From a phage: 44,179 nt of DNA. Under the pieces are notes generated by a model that was not told the DNA's origin, did not search any database, and was given only the letters and a program-made list of their open reading frames with translations. Each line of letters begins with the position of its first letter. Position 1 is the first letter of the stretch. The position numbers were made by a program, and so were the translations under genes. The stretch is taken from assembly GCA_032279465.1 (NCBI GenBank), contig GCA_032279465.1_4357.1. One strand, 5' to 3'. Shown piece after piece: positions 43,721 through 44,179 of this stretch.

Positions 43721-44179
43721 TCTTTACGCTCTCCCCACATGCGATTGAGATACTTGTTCTTGTCCGGCCCAGGGAAACTGTTACGTTTCATCAGTTCCTC
43801 GCGTGTCGGGAACGGGGTGTGGCTGACTTTACGGCCTACCCGTAGTGGTTGGCTTACTTGACCTTGTTCGCTCATTTCTTCTCTCCTGCATAAGCTGCTT
43901 TCAGTGCCTGCATTGCCGCGGCCCAGAACGCGTCAGCCTGGATATTGCTGCTCAGGTTATTGACGGCGATGCGCGCCATCAGTTGTGCGTCTTTGAATGC
44001 TTCGGTATCTGTGATTTTCATTTCCCAAAAACCCCTTTAGTTTTCAGTTTATTGCGATAGAACTGCATCACATGTTCATTATGGAAGTTACTCATCTTCT
44101 CTACTCCGTTCTCGTTGTCGATGAAGTAAATATAATAGGGTCGAGGATAATAGTCAACTAGTCATCACAGAAAATAGAT

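Noticed and set aside
1-44179. CRISPR array or other regularly spaced direct repeats
   Set aside because: No repeat-spacer periodicity seen; the only recurrent short motifs are promoter inverted repeats and terminator hairpins

Overview
The window reads as a nearly complete genome of a virulent, siphovirus-type dsDNA phage with a lambda-like tail gene order and no integrase. All calls come from reading the sequence and the ORF track by eye; no database search or folding was run, and coordinates of non-coding motifs are hand-indexed and may be off by 1-2 nt. Layout: (1) 1-3446, minus strand: terminator, lysis cassette (holin, small membrane protein, GH24 endolysin) and a run of tiny overlapping genes. 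(2) 3917-16075, plus strand: replication module with small HTH protein, primase-helicase, an embedded minus-strand XRE regulator, Cas4-like exonuclease, gp2.5-like SSB, family A DNA polymerase, HNH-AP2 homing endonuclease, VRR-NUC nuclease, SNF2 helicase and Toprim protein. (3) 16313-42034, minus strand: late module with tailspike carrying a C-terminal intramolecular chaperone, J/K/L/M-like tail proteins, tape measure, G/GT chaperones, major tail protein, connectors, a second HNH endonuclease, Ig-like proteins, major capsid, scaffold, Rz/Rz1 spanins, head morphogenesis protein, portal and terminase. Three plus-strand moron islands interrupt it (25885-28283, 36220-36423, 38099-38752). (4) 42211-44179, minus strand: small genes of unknown function. 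The most interesting signal is non-coding: two paralogous ~200-nt structured leader elements (3560-3809 and 35862-36097) with identical minus-strand promoters and compensatory base changes, each in front of a GC hairpin and a leftward late or lysis operon. A second signal is an inverted repeat, AATAG-N4-CTATT, embedded in at least eight sigma70-like promoters.
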